Source of the DNA: Candidatus Buchananbacteria bacterium
GTDB lineage: Bacteria; Patescibacteriota; Patescibacteriia; 2-01-FULL-39-33; JBAYJR01
Direction: 5' to 3'
DNA length: 64,000 nucleotides
NCBI GenBank assembly: GCA_041665005.1
Contig: JBAYJR010000003.1
Span: 17,102 to 81,101, forward strand
The first letter of the stretch is position 1; every line of letters starts with the position of its first letter. Positions 51,939-62,090 of the stretch are shown one piece after another. The notes under the pieces were generated by a model. The model saw only the letters and a list, made by a program, of their open reading frames with translations, did no database searches and was not told the DNA's origin. Made by a program: the position numbers and the translations under genes.

Positions 51939-52022
51939 GCCGAAGTGGCGGAATTGGTATACGCGTGCGACTCAAAATCGCATTCCCTCCGGGGAGTGAG
52001 AGTTCGATTCTCTCCTTCGGCA
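51939..52022 (+). tRNA. tRNA-Leu(CAA), CCA not encoded
   Basis: TGCGA CTCAAAA TCGCA anticodon arm; long variable arm. Confidence 0.95.
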
Positions 52023-52043
52023 CTCGGTTTTTGATAATAACAT

Positions 52044-52116
52044 CGCGGGGTAGAGCAGTTGGCAGCTCGCCAGGCCCATAACCTGGAGGTCGTCGGTTCG
52101 AGTCCGACCCCCGCAA
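52044..52116 (+). tRNA. Initiator tRNA-fMet(CAT), CCA not encoded
   Basis: CGCGGGG start with C1:A72 mismatch; CCAGG CCCATAA CCTGG. Confidence 0.92.
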
Positions 52117-52206
52117 CATTTTTTACTTTTTTTGCTTGGTTAGTCCTGTCCCGCCTAAACCGGCGGAATAAAGTAAGAGTGTAACATTTACCCTTCACCA
52201 AAATTT

Positions 52207-52283
52207 GGCTGGATAGCTCAGTTGGTAAGAGCGTGGCACTCATAACGCCAAGGTCGGTGGTTCAAATCCACCTCCAGCCACCA
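52207..52283 (+). tRNA. tRNA-CAT (elongator Met, or Ile2)
   Basis: GGCTGGA/TCCAGCC-A-CCA; CTCATAA loop. Confidence 0.9.
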
Positions 52284-52364
52284 GTATTAAAAATTTGTTA
52301 ATTCGCCCTTGGGGGCGTTTTTTTGTTTCAAAAAACCTAAAAAAATAGTATAATATAAAGTATC

Positions 52365-53129
52365 ATGGCACAAATAATTTCTATTGTTAATCAAAAAGGC
52401 GGGGTGGGCAAAACTACCACGGCGGTTAATCTGGGCGCTTACTTGGCTTATTTAGGCAAGTTTGTTTTGTTGGTTGACTTAGATCCTCAAAGTAATGCCA
52501 CTTCTGGCTTAGGAATTGATCGACGCCAGTTAGCTAAAGGGGTGTATGAGGCGGTAATTGGCCAAGCCAGCTTTAAAGAGGTGATTTTATCTACTAAACA
52601 CCAAGGCTACAAATTAGCGCCTTCTACGGTCAATTTAGCCGGGGCTAATGTGGAATTGGTTAATCTGGAACGTCGCGAATTTCGTTTAGCCGACGCTTTG
52701 CTAGAAATCCGCAATGATTTTGATTATATTTTAATTGATTGCCCGCCTTCTTTGGGATTGTTAACGATTAACGGTTTAACGGCGGCAGATCAAGTTTTAA
52801 TTCCCATTCAAGCAGAATATTATGCCTTGGAAGGTTTAGGACAACTTTTAGATACCGTTAATTTGGTGCGTGATAATGTTAAGCCGGCGCTTAATATTTT
52901 AGGCGCCGTGGTGACCATGTTTGATTCACGGTTAAAACTCTCTAGCGAAGTTTTGGGAGAATTATATAAATATTTTAATAATCGAATTTTTCGTTCGGTG
53001 ATCCCGCGTTCGGTGCGTTTAACCGAGGCGCCAAGCCACGGCATGACGATTTTGCAGTATGACCCCACTTCGCGGGGCGCTAAGGCTTATGAACGTTTAG
53101 CTTATGAAGTTTTAGAAGTTTTAAAATAA
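52365..53129 (+). CDS. parA: ParA/Soj ATPase
   Basis: NQKGGVGKTTT, DLDPQ.NAT, DCPPSLG. Confidence 0.97.
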   Translation: MAQIISIVNQKGGVGKTTTAVNLGAYLAYLGKFVLLVDLDPQSNATSGLGIDRRQLAKGVYEAVIGQASFKEVILSTKHQGYKLAPSTVNLAGANVELVNLERREFRLADALLEIRNDFDYILIDCPPSLGLLTINGLTAADQVLIPIQAEYYALEGLGQLLDTVNLVRDNVKPALNILGAVVTMFDSRLKLSSEVLGELYKYFNNRIFRSVIPRSVRLTEAPSHGMTILQYDPTSRGAKAYERLAYEVLEVLK

Positions 53130-53138
53130 AATAAAATT

Positions 53139-54014
53139 ATGAACAAAAGTTTTGGTTTAGGCAAGGGTTTAGGGTCGTTGATTCCGGGACAATACAATAA
53201 AACCGAAAATTATACGGAGCCAATAATTTTGCCGGGAGAAAAGGTACAGTTAGTAGCGGTAGAAAAAATTAAACCTAATCCGCATCAACCGCGCAAGGAT
53301 TTTGCGGCGATAGAGTTAGCCAGTTTAACTGAATCAATCAAGGAACACGGAATTTTACAACCATTGATTGTTTCACCAGCTGCGGAGGGTGACTATCAAT
53401 TGATTGCCGGCGAGCGCCGCTTACGGGCCGCTAAATTAGCAGGCTTAAAAACAGTGCCAGTGATTGCCCGGCAGTTTAAAGAACAGCAGAAATTAGAATT
53501 AGCTTTGATTGAAAATTTACAACGGCAAGATTTAAATATTTTAGAAGAAGCCGATGCTTATCAAAAATTAATTGAGCAATTTAATTTATCACATGAGGAA
53601 GTGGCCAAAAAAGTAGGTAAGAGTCGCCCAGTAGTTTCTAATGCTTTACGGTTATTGAAATTGCCAGCTAAAATTAAACAAGATATTTTATCGGGTAAAG
53701 TGTTAGCCACACACGCGCGGATTATGGCGGGGTTGGCAGGCGAAGAGTTAGAAAAATTTTATCAGCAAGTAGTCAGCCAAAAATTAACGGTAGCGCAAGC
53801 CGAACAGGCGGTTAAGCAAGTAGCGGTTAAAAAACATTTTCGGTCCTTAGCGATTGATCCGGAATTATTAGCCAATCAGGAAGCCTTAAGGCAGGCACTG
53901 GGCACTAAAGTAGAAATTAAAAAGAAAGGCGGCACTGGGCAAATAATTTTGCAGTTTTATTCAGAAGAAGAATATCAAAAACTGCTTAATGAGTTGAAAC
54001 GATTTATTGTTTAG
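53139..54014 (+). CDS. parB: ParB/Spo0J
   Basis: GLGKGLGSLI, QPR..F, IAGERRLRAA, ENLQRQDL. Confidence 0.97.
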   Translation: MNKSFGLGKGLGSLIPGQYNKTENYTEPIILPGEKVQLVAVEKIKPNPHQPRKDFAAIELASLTESIKEHGILQPLIVSPAAEGDYQLIAGERRLRAAKLAGLKTVPVIARQFKEQQKLELALIENLQRQDLNILEEADAYQKLIEQFNLSHEEVAKKVGKSRPVVSNALRLLKLPAKIKQDILSGKVLATHARIMAGLAGEELEKFYQQVVSQKLTVAQAEQAVKQVAVKKHFRSLAIDPELLANQEALRQALGTKVEIKKKGGTGQIILQFYSEEEYQKLLNELKRFIV

Positions 54015-54015
54015 T

Positions 54016-54261
54016 ATGTTTAAAAAGATGACTGAGTTTAGTGAATGGTTGGGGATAATTGCAATTATTTTGGCCTATTTCTTGCTAAGTTTTAATTTAA
54101 TTTTAGCTCATAGTTTATTATATTTAGGGCTGAATTTAGTTGGCTCGGCAGTTATTGTTATTTCCTCTTTTAGTAAAAAAGATTACCAGCCCGGGGTCTT
54201 AAATATTTTTTGGTTGTTGATCACAATTATCACTTTATTTAATTGGTGGTTAAAAACTTAG
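54016..54261 (+). CDS. Small 3-TM membrane protein
   Basis: WLG..IILAY..Y..LNLVGS; start uncertain. Confidence 0.65.
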   Translation: MFKKMTEFSEWLGIIAIILAYFLLSFNLILAHSLLYLGLNLVGSAVIVISSFSKKDYQPGVLNIFWLLITIITLFNWWLKT

Positions 54262-54302
54262 ATAAGTAAAACCTCTCTAATACTTAGAGAGGTTTTTAGT
54301 TT

Positions 54303-54608
54303 TTAGGTTAGCACTATTAGGGCTAGGGTTATCAGAAAGCTCAAAGCCCAAAAAATTGATAGTTTTAATTCTTTAGAGTATTCCTGATAATATTTTTCTC
54401 TAATAGTTTTGTCTGAAGTGGTCTGAAAAATTTTTGCCGCTTCTTGGGCACAGGCGTAATTCAAAGCTCCAATCGCAACCATTAAAATTAGGATTGCGAT
54501 TGCCGTTGTCGGCCAGACCAAGCTAACCAAGATGACAATCAATAAAACAACAAAAGCGATTCTTTTGGCGCGAATAAAGTCTTGGTGGTTAGTAATAAGA
54601 TCATCCAT
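54303..54608 (-). CDS. Orphan membrane protein
   Basis: AAGGAGGT SD; TTGACT-17-TAAAAT promoter. Confidence 0.6.
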   Translation of the reverse strand: MDDLITNHQDFIRAKRIAFVVLLIVILVSLVWPTTAIAILILMVAIGALNYACAQEAAKIFQTTSDKTIREKYYQEYSKELKLSIFWALSFLITLALIVLT

Positions 54609-54662
54609 CAGTCCTACCTCCTTTTTAAAATATTTTAAGCTAATAAAACAGTAAAGTCAAAC

Positions 54663-56171
54663 TTACTTTTTTTTGCGACCAGGCATTAAACCTTTGGCGG
54701 TTTCCCAGGCCTCGTTAAAATAATCCTGAATTTTGGCAGAACTTTTTATTTTGGAGCGGGCGGCGGAAGTTTTGGCAAATTTTAACCAATCTGGATTAGG
54801 GGTTTTGCGATGTTTATCAATAATTATTTCAATCATATCGCCACTTTTTAAAACAGTATCTAGGCCAACCAGTTGTTCATTTATTTTAGCGCCGACGCAG
54901 TGCATACCAATATCGGTGTGGATATGAAAAGCAAAATCAATGGGCGTAGCGCCTTCGGGCAAATCAATCACGTCGCCATTGGGGGTAAAAACAAAAATAC
55001 GGGTGGGAAAAACTTCTAGTTTAATGGCTTCTAAATATTTTTCGGAATCTTTAATTTCTTTTTGCCATTTTAAAACCTCGTTTACCCAAGATAATTGTTT
55101 GGATAAACGGGAACCTTCTTGTGGTTTGCCTTTTTCTACATATTGCCAGTGAGCCGTAATACCATATTCGGCTTCTTCGTGCATTTCTTGGGTACGAATT
55201 TGAATTTCCACAATATGTTCGCGTTCAGCCCAAACGGTGGTGTGGATGGATTGATAGCCGTTGGGTTTAGGTTGCGCGATATAATCTTTAATGCGGCCCG
55301 GTAGAGGTTTCCATAAGCTATGTACAATACCCAAAGTAGCATAACAATCAGCAATATCTTTTACAATAATCCGCAAAGCCACAATGTCATAAATTTTGCT
55401 AATATCGCGGTTATATTCTGGGCGCAATAATTTTTGGCACAGGCTGTACAAATGCTTGGCGCGGCCATGAACGGAAACTGGTTGAATGTTATTTTTGGTT
55501 AGTTCTTTGTCTAAAATTTTTTTGACATCTTCTAAATATATTTCTTGTTCTTGTTTTTTGGTGGGTAAAATTTTAGTAAGCCATTTGTAATCATCAGGAT
55601 AAACAAAAGGAAAGGCTAAATCTTCTAGGTCACCCTTAAGTTGGCCCATGCCTAAACGATTAGCGATTGGGGCGTAAATTTCTAAGGTTTCTTTGGCAAT
55701 TCGAAGTTGTTTGTTGTGGGGTAAGGCGTTAAGAGTTTGTAAATTGTTTAAACGATCAGCTAGCTTAATAAAAATTACTCGGACGTCTTGCGAAATGGCC
55801 AAAAACATGCGGCGCAAATTTTCGGCGTAACGTTCAATGCCACGATATTTCAAAGTCCCTAACTTGGTAATGCCACCAACCAAATTTGCCACTTCATCGC
55901 CAAAATTATTTTTTATTTCTTTCAAAGTAATCTTGGTTTCTTCGGGCACATCATGCAGTAAAGCGGCAATAATAGTATTATTATCAACTTTTAGGTTGGC
56001 TAAATAAATGGCCGCGCCCAAAGGGTGGTTAATATAGGGTTCGCCGGATTTGCGTAATTGACCTTCGTGGGCTTTGGCCGCAAATTCAAAAGCTAGCTGA
56101 ATCATAGTAGTGTCAGCTTGTGGGTCATTAACTTTGATGATTTTAATTAGTTCTTGAAAATCTGGCTTCAT
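54663..56171 (-). CDS. rel: RelA/SpoT (HD + synthetase + TGS)
   Basis: RKSGEPY..HP, LLHDVPE, KDYIAQPKPNGYQSIHT, EIQIRT, TGS; ends after TGS. Confidence 0.95.
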   Translation of the reverse strand: MKPDFQELIKIIKVNDPQADTTMIQLAFEFAAKAHEGQLRKSGEPYINHPLGAAIYLANLKVDNNTIIAALLHDVPEETKITLKEIKNNFGDEVANLVGGITKLGTLKYRGIERYAENLRRMFLAISQDVRVIFIKLADRLNNLQTLNALPHNKQLRIAKETLEIYAPIANRLGMGQLKGDLEDLAFPFVYPDDYKWLTKILPTKKQEQEIYLEDVKKILDKELTKNNIQPVSVHGRAKHLYSLCQKLLRPEYNRDISKIYDIVALRIIVKDIADCYATLGIVHSLWKPLPGRIKDYIAQPKPNGYQSIHTTVWAEREHIVEIQIRTQEMHEEAEYGITAHWQYVEKGKPQEGSRLSKQLSWVNEVLKWQKEIKDSEKYLEAIKLEVFPTRIFVFTPNGDVIDLPEGATPIDFAFHIHTDIGMHCVGAKINEQLVGLDTVLKSGDMIEIIIDKHRKTPNPDWLKFAKTSAARSKIKSSAKIQDYFNEAWETAKGLMPGRKKK

Positions 56172-56309
56172 AAGGTTATTTTAGCCATTCTAAAGTAAAA
56201 AGACAAATAGCTTGAATGGGTAGTGGACGAAGAGCAGTAAACATTGGGTCAGTTTGACTAATTTTTAGGATAGGTTTAATATGGTAGCAAATAAAGGAGG
56301 TTATGTTTT

Positions 56310-56489
56310 ATGTTAAAGAAAAGCAAAGGAAAAAAACAAGGCAAGCCAGCGGAACGCACATTAGAGCGGAGAGTAAAAAGATTTTTAAAGACGCCGGAAA
56401 TGGACGATCCGGCTACGGCGCAAAGGAGAAAAGGCGGTTTGTTTCCCCGACTTACGGATGAGGAACAAAGGCTTTTTAGAAAAATTTAA
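56310..56489 (+). CDS. Orphan basic 59-aa protein (missed by the ORF track)
   Basis: AAAGGAGG 9 nt upstream; TTGACT-17-TAATAT promoter; terminator at 56500-56532. Confidence 0.5.
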   Translation: MLKKSKGKKQGKPAERTLERRVKRFLKTPEMDDPATAQRRKGGLFPRLTDEEQRLFRKI

Positions 56490-56771
56490 AGAGGTTATCA
56501 AAACCGACTAATAAATATTGGTCGGTTTTTTTATTTCGCTTGACCTTGCTATGTCCATCAGTAGATTGGTTCAGGATTTGCCCCTTTGTCACCCAGACCC
56601 TGGGTGCTTCTGACAGTGTTAAATAATAATTAAAATACCCAACAAAATTTAAAATTAGTCATTGGATTGAGCATAATCAACCAAGGTTTTGATTGTTTGT
56701 AAAAAAAGAGGTTTTTTGTTAAGATAGACACAGCTTAGCTGTTAAAAATCAGTTAAGTTTCAAATAATTTT

Positions 56772-57824
56772 ATGCCCCAACTTTGCCCCGAACTCACTAC
56801 TAAACTAGCCTCCCTCAAACAACTTAAACAACAGTTTGATTTGGAATTATCTAGTCTACCGCAAACAGGCAAGACAGAGGATTTAACTTTGATTAGAGAA
56901 GCTAAAAATAAAGTAGAACAAACCCTTCAAGAGCTTCAAAACAAACTCTGGCTTAACACCCTCGAACTAACCCGAGAAAACCTTAAAGCCCAATATGAAT
57001 TTCAGAAAGATGTTCTTATTAAGTCCGGCCTCCTAAAAACCCTCTCCACTGGCGAATTAGGCATTGAAGCAATTGATAAACAAGAATACCCTCTACCCAC
57101 TCTAGAACAGATTGAAAAAATAATGCTAGAGAAACGTAAACTCTTAGAAACCAAAATCCCACAAGGCTTTGTTAAGTTAATTATTGTTCCCTTTGGCTTA
57201 CCGATAGGTTCTCTAATGGAGGCTTATGATAATGCCTTGATGGAGTGTTATCAACAAGCTAAATTATTAGACGCCCAAAATCAACCCTTAAAACTTTATG
57301 GAGAACCCACTTTTGATTATGCTGGATACGTAAAAGCCGAAGCCACAGGGGATTTGGTATATTTCCCCAAAAAATACTCCTACGCTAATCACCAAGGTAA
57401 AACTAAAAAACAACTCCTAGCCACCCAAGCCTGGCAAGTCTTGCTACTTGAAGACTTGCCTTGTCTTCCAGATGAAGGTAAGGGTAAAACCATAGCTGGC
57501 CGTGAGCAACCAGGGGTTTACCAAAAACCCAGTGAGTATCTTAAACAACTCCAAACTGACCCTCAGTATAAAGGTGAACAAGGTTTAACTCTGGAATCCT
57601 GGCTAGTTTACGGCTTAAGCCACTTAGACCAAACTAATCAAGTGATTGACGAGTATCAAAATTCAGGTAAATTTTGTCTTTTGGTGAGTAGTTATTTTAA
57701 ACAACCTGGCAATGTGTCGGGTGCTGATTTTTACCACAACCTTGCGCGGTTTTATTCGGTTCGGAGTGATCCGGATGATCCCTTTTCTTATGGTGTCGCC
57801 CGTTTTGCGGTGAGTATTTTATAA
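56772..57824 (+). CDS. Shared-leader protein with DGR-target/CLec-like C-terminus
   Basis: N-term MPQLCPELTTKL..; C-term GNVSGADF..SDPDDP..GVARFAV. Confidence 0.7.
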   Translation: MPQLCPELTTKLASLKQLKQQFDLELSSLPQTGKTEDLTLIREAKNKVEQTLQELQNKLWLNTLELTRENLKAQYEFQKDVLIKSGLLKTLSTGELGIEAIDKQEYPLPTLEQIEKIMLEKRKLLETKIPQGFVKLIIVPFGLPIGSLMEAYDNALMECYQQAKLLDAQNQPLKLYGEPTFDYAGYVKAEATGDLVYFPKKYSYANHQGKTKKQLLATQAWQVLLLEDLPCLPDEGKGKTIAGREQPGVYQKPSEYLKQLQTDPQYKGEQGLTLESWLVYGLSHLDQTNQVIDEYQNSGKFCLLVSSYFKQPGNVSGADFYHNLARFYSVRSDPDDPFSYGVARFAVSIL

Positions 57825-57835
57825 ATTTTAATTTT

Positions 57836-58594
57836 ATGTCTAAATATTGTTCCAAGCTTTCTGCTAAATTAGAAACTCTTAAAGCGCTTAAACAAGAGTT
57901 TGATCAGGAAATAGTTAAAGCACAAAGTCTAAGCCCCAATAAACCAGAGGATTTAGTTTTGGTTAGGGACATTAAAGCTAAACTAAATCAAGAGCTTAAA
58001 CAGTCTCAAGAGGTGATTGAAGTTTTTTATAAAATAGTTGATTGGCAAGATTTTTATCAAGAAGTTTTTGAACTTAAATATGATTTTTTTGATTTAATCA
58101 TTCCCAAAAAAGAGGAAGGTTTTGATCGGTTAATAATTATGGCCCCGGGTTTAACTAATCAACAACTTTGGGATAAAACTTCGGAAATTTGTAAAAGACT
58201 GGCGGGAACTCTTTTGATAAATTTTAATTTGTTTACTTCTGAGCGGACGACAAAAACGGCTTATGCTTTTTGGGTGCGCGATGATCAAGAGGCTTGTGCA
58301 GATGAATCAGCGGAATTTTTATCCGTTAAACAAGTTAAAGAGCGAGAACCAGTGGCCGAGACACTAGAGGAGCGTTTGTTACACGATTTGAAATATCTTA
58401 AGGAAACAGGTCGTCGTTTAGATTATCAAAGCCAAACTTTATGTAGTGGTTCAGTTGATAAATTTGGTCGGATGCCCTGTATTGATTGTAATAATTATAC
58501 TGAGACTCTGGTTAATTTGCTTGGTCTTGATACCGACTTATCTAAGATTGGCACGGATTATAAAAGATTACGTGCCCGTAAGGTAATTTTGTAA
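57836..58594 (+). CDS. Shared-leader paralog with a second CLec-like C-terminus
   Basis: N-term MSKYCSKLSAKLETLKALKQEFD..; TLEERLL..TLCSGS..GRMP..LRARKV. Confidence 0.65.
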   Translation: MSKYCSKLSAKLETLKALKQEFDQEIVKAQSLSPNKPEDLVLVRDIKAKLNQELKQSQEVIEVFYKIVDWQDFYQEVFELKYDFFDLIIPKKEEGFDRLIIMAPGLTNQQLWDKTSEICKRLAGTLLINFNLFTSERTTKTAYAFWVRDDQEACADESAEFLSVKQVKEREPVAETLEERLLHDLKYLKETGRRLDYQSQTLCSGSVDKFGRMPCIDCNNYTETLVNLLGLDTDLSKIGTDYKRLRARKVIL

Positions 58595-58737
58595 ATTTTT
58601 TATTTTTTTTAATCCTTGATGCTCAATTGTTATTCAGTCCGCCCCGCGTAGCGGAGACTCGGGGTGCTTCTGCTGGAATTTTTAAAAAAACAAAAACCGA
58701 CTAATATTTATTAGTCGGTTTTTATAATTGATAATTT

Positions 58738-60954
58738 TTAAACTGCTTCTTTGGTATAACCGCAATCTTTTTTGCTACAGACCAGGGAACCATTTTTGCC
58801 GTAGACGATTAAGCTTTGGCAATTGGGGCATTTTTCGCCGGTTGGTTTGGACCAGAGGGCAAATTTGCAATCCGGATATTTATTGCAAGCATAAAAAACT
58901 CGGCCTCGTCCGCGCTTGGAAACAATTTCGCCCACGCCACACTGCGGGCAAGCGACTCCGGTGCCGTTATTTTTTTCAATATATTTACAATCGGGATATT
59001 TGGAGCAACCAACAAACGGACCATAACGACCCACCCGTTGCTGTAAAGGGGCGCCGCAATCCGGACATTTTTTATCTAAAATTAAAGGTTCCGGAATTTC
59101 TTGGCCGTTCTTATCAATTTTTTTGGTATTTTTGCAATCCGGAAAATTAGAGCAGGCCAAAAATTTGCCATAGCGTCCCCGTTTAATAATCATTGGTGAA
59201 TTACATTTTTCGCAAACTTCATCGGTTTTTTCTTCCGGCATAATGTCGGATTTTTTTACTTCTTCCATTTTTTCGTTAAGTAATTCTTTGAAAGGATGAT
59301 AAAAATTACTAATCACCGGCACCCATTCGGTTTTACCTTCGGCGATAGCATCCAAATCATCTTCTAGTTTGGCGGTAAATTGGTAATCTACAATTTGCGG
59401 AAAATGTTTGATTAATAAATCAATGACGATAAAAGCAATTTCGGTAGGCTTGAGCCGTTTTTCTTCGCGTTCCACATAACCACGATCAATGATGGTAGAA
59501 ATAGTTGGCGCGTAAGTGGAAGGCCGACCAATGCCATATTCTTCCAGGGCTTTAACCAAGGAAGCGTCGGTGTAGCGGGCGGGTGGTTGGGTAAAATGTT
59601 GTTCAGATTTTATCTCTTGGCTTACAATAGTTTCTTTAACTTGCAAAGCGGGCAAGAGTTCTTCTTTGGTGGCGACGGGGTAGACTTTTAGCCAGCCATC
59701 AAATTTAACCACTTGACCATTGGCGCGGAAAATAAATTTTTGGTCTTGCGAAATTAAATCGGCGGCGGCGTTTTCTAATTTGGCTCCGGCCATTTGGCAA
59801 GCCACGGCCCGTTGCCAGATTAATTGGTAAAGTTTAAATTGGTTATCGTTTAAAAAAGTTTCAATTTGTTGAGGAGCCAGTTTAACATCGGTAGGGCGAA
59901 TGGCTTCATGAGCTTCTTGGGCTGATTTTTGGGTTTTAGAAAAATGGCGAGGTTTGGGAGTGGTATAATTAGCGCCAAAGTTGTCAATAATATATTGATG
60001 AGCTTCGGTTAAAAATTTTTCGGCCAGATTTACTGAATCCGTGCGCATATAAGTAATCAAACCTACCGAACCTTGTGGTCCTAAGTCCACACCTTCATAG
60101 AGTTGTTGTGCAATCATCATGGTTTGTTTGGCAGAAAATCCTAGGCGACGGTTAGCTTCTTGTTGTAAAGTAGAAGTGGTAAACGGAGCATTGGGTAATT
60201 TTAGGGTGCTCTTACTAGTTAAATCGGCCACGGTAAAAGGTTGTTGACCGATTTGGTTAACTAATTCTTGGGCTTGCGCTTCGGTGGTGATAGAAAATTT
60301 TTCTAAAACTTTAGCCTCAACTTGTCGTAAGTTAGCTTTAAAAATTTGTTGAAGATTGTTTTGCGGAGCAAATTGTCCGGCGATGGTCCAGTATTCTTCA
60401 ATTTTAAAATCTTTAATTTCCCGTTCGCGTTCTACAATCAAACGAACGGTGACGGATTGGACGCGACCGGCCGATAAACCTTTAGTAACTTTTTTCCACA
60501 AAAATGGCGAAAGTTCATAACCCACCAAGCGATCTAAAACGCGACGAGCTTGTTGGGCGTCTACCATATGTAAATCCAGCGCTTGAGGATTTTTTAAAGC
60601 GTGCAAAATTGCCTCTTCGGTAATTTCATGAAAAGTAATACGTTTAATTTTAGCTTCAGGAGTTTTAAAAATTTGGGCCAGATGCCAAGAAATTGCTTCA
60701 CCTTCGCGGTCTTGATCAGTTGCAAAGTAAATGTTGTCTGCTTTAGTGGCTAATTTTTTTAAAGTAGTGACTACTTTTTTAGCTTTAGTCGGAATTACAT
60801 ATTGCGGAGTAAAATCGTGCTCAATATCAATACCCATTTTGCTTTTGGGCAAATCACGAATATGGCCAAACGAAGACTCCACTTTATAATCTTTAGTTAA
60901 AAAGCGAGAAATGGTTTTGGCTTTAGTGGGGGATTCTACAATTACTAAATTCAT
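58738..60954 (-). CDS. topA: DNA topoisomerase I
   Basis: LVIVESPTKAK, ATDQDREGE, SAGRVQS, ITYMRTDS, C-terminal Zn ribbons; start 60954. Confidence 0.98.
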   Translation of the reverse strand: MNLVIVESPTKAKTISRFLTKDYKVESSFGHIRDLPKSKMGIDIEHDFTPQYVIPTKAKKVVTTLKKLATKADNIYFATDQDREGEAISWHLAQIFKTPEAKIKRITFHEITEEAILHALKNPQALDLHMVDAQQARRVLDRLVGYELSPFLWKKVTKGLSAGRVQSVTVRLIVEREREIKDFKIEEYWTIAGQFAPQNNLQQIFKANLRQVEAKVLEKFSITTEAQAQELVNQIGQQPFTVADLTSKSTLKLPNAPFTTSTLQQEANRRLGFSAKQTMMIAQQLYEGVDLGPQGSVGLITYMRTDSVNLAEKFLTEAHQYIIDNFGANYTTPKPRHFSKTQKSAQEAHEAIRPTDVKLAPQQIETFLNDNQFKLYQLIWQRAVACQMAGAKLENAAADLISQDQKFIFRANGQVVKFDGWLKVYPVATKEELLPALQVKETIVSQEIKSEQHFTQPPARYTDASLVKALEEYGIGRPSTYAPTISTIIDRGYVEREEKRLKPTEIAFIVIDLLIKHFPQIVDYQFTAKLEDDLDAIAEGKTEWVPVISNFYHPFKELLNEKMEEVKKSDIMPEEKTDEVCEKCNSPMIIKRGRYGKFLACSNFPDCKNTKKIDKNGQEIPEPLILDKKCPDCGAPLQQRVGRYGPFVGCSKYPDCKYIEKNNGTGVACPQCGVGEIVSKRGRGRVFYACNKYPDCKFALWSKPTGEKCPNCQSLIVYGKNGSLVCSKKDCGYTKEAV

Positions 60955-60989
60955 AGATGAGAAAATAATTTTAAAGTTATCCTTTAGTA

Positions 60990-62090
60990 TTATCGCGCGC
61001 AAACGTAATTTTGTCCACCGAGATTTTTTATTTTGCCTTTGATTTCCATAACGGCCAAGGTAGCGGCCACGGTGCTAATGTTTAACTTAGTCAACTTAGC
61101 CAAACTATCAATATGAATTGGTTCGCGGTTCAAATGTTTAAGTAGACTTTCTTCAGCCGGGCTTTCGGGGACAATGGCGTGAGCAGTAATATAACTGGAA
61201 ACGGTTTTTAAGTCAAGGGCGCCCAAGATATCTTGGGCGGTAGTAACCACTATGGCTCCTTGTTTAATTAGATTGTTGGTGCCGGCCGAATTGGGGTGAT
61301 AAATGTTGCCCGGCACGGCAAAAACCTCACGATTTTGTTCTAGGGCATACTTGGCAGTAATTAAGGCGCCAGATTCGGCCGGCGCTTCAATAATTAAAGT
61401 ACCCAAAGACAAACCGGAGATAATACGATTGCGCAAAGGAAAATTATGCACCAAAGGTGGCATACTCAAAGGAAATTCAGAAACCATTAAACTGCCAGCG
61501 GCAATAATTTTTTCGGCCAGTGAGCGATTTTGCGTGGGATAAAGACTAGACCAAGCTAAACCCGAACCCAGCACGGCAAGGGTGCGACCTTGATTTTGTA
61601 AAGTTGCTTGATGCGCCAAAGTATCAATTCCCAAGGCCAGGCCGGAAACAATTGTTAAGCCGGCTTGAACCAAGGGGATAATTAAGGTGTCAATTAATTG
61701 TTGACCATAAGGTGAAACCTTGCGAGTGCCGACGACGCCCAAAGCAAAACGATCACGATTATTATCTAAGGTGCCACGATAGTAAAGGATTGGCGGGGGG
61801 CTGTAAATTTCTTTGAGTAATGGCGGGTAGGCTTCTTCTAAAATTGTTACGGCCTGTACTTTTTCGGTGTGTAATTTTGTTAATTCTGCTTCCGGGTTAA
61901 TTTGCGGTCGACGGCTAATAATTTCTTGGGCTAAGTCAGGTTCTAAGCCACAAGTTATTAATTCGGATAAACTAGCCGCCCAGGCGGTTTGTAAATTTGG
62001 AAAGTAAGAATAAAGTTTTTTAAATCTAACCGGCCCGAGTTTAGTAAATTGATTAAAAGCTAGCCAAAAAGGTAAATCAGTTGAAGACAT
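60990..62090 (-). CDS. dprA: DNA-processing protein DprA
   Basis: VVGTR, VSGLALGIDT.AH, FPLRNRIISG, SGALITA. Confidence 0.97.
   Translation of the reverse strand: MSSTDLPFWLAFNQFTKLGPVRFKKLYSYFPNLQTAWAASLSELITCGLEPDLAQEIISRRPQINPEAELTKLHTEKVQAVTILEEAYPPLLKEIYSPPPILYYRGTLDNNRDRFALGVVGTRKVSPYGQQLIDTLIIPLVQAGLTIVSGLALGIDTLAHQATLQNQGRTLAVLGSGLAWSSLYPTQNRSLAEKIIAAGSLMVSEFPLSMPPLVHNFPLRNRIISGLSLGTLIIEAPAESGALITAKYALEQNREVFAVPGNIYHPNSAGTNNLIKQGAIVVTTAQDILGALDLKTVSSYITAHAIVPESPAEESLLKHLNREPIHIDSLAKLTKLNISTVAATLAVMEIKGKIKNLGGQNYVCAR

Noticed and set aside
51872-52243. ORFs 51872-52243 and 51934-52119
   Set aside because: Antisense shadows of the tRNA cluster
52284-54014. parS site near parAB
   Set aside because: No TGTTTCACGTGAAACA-like palindrome found by eye
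56772-58594. Complete DGR locus
   Set aside because: No reverse transcriptase, Avd or template repeat visible; kept only as a possible remote target
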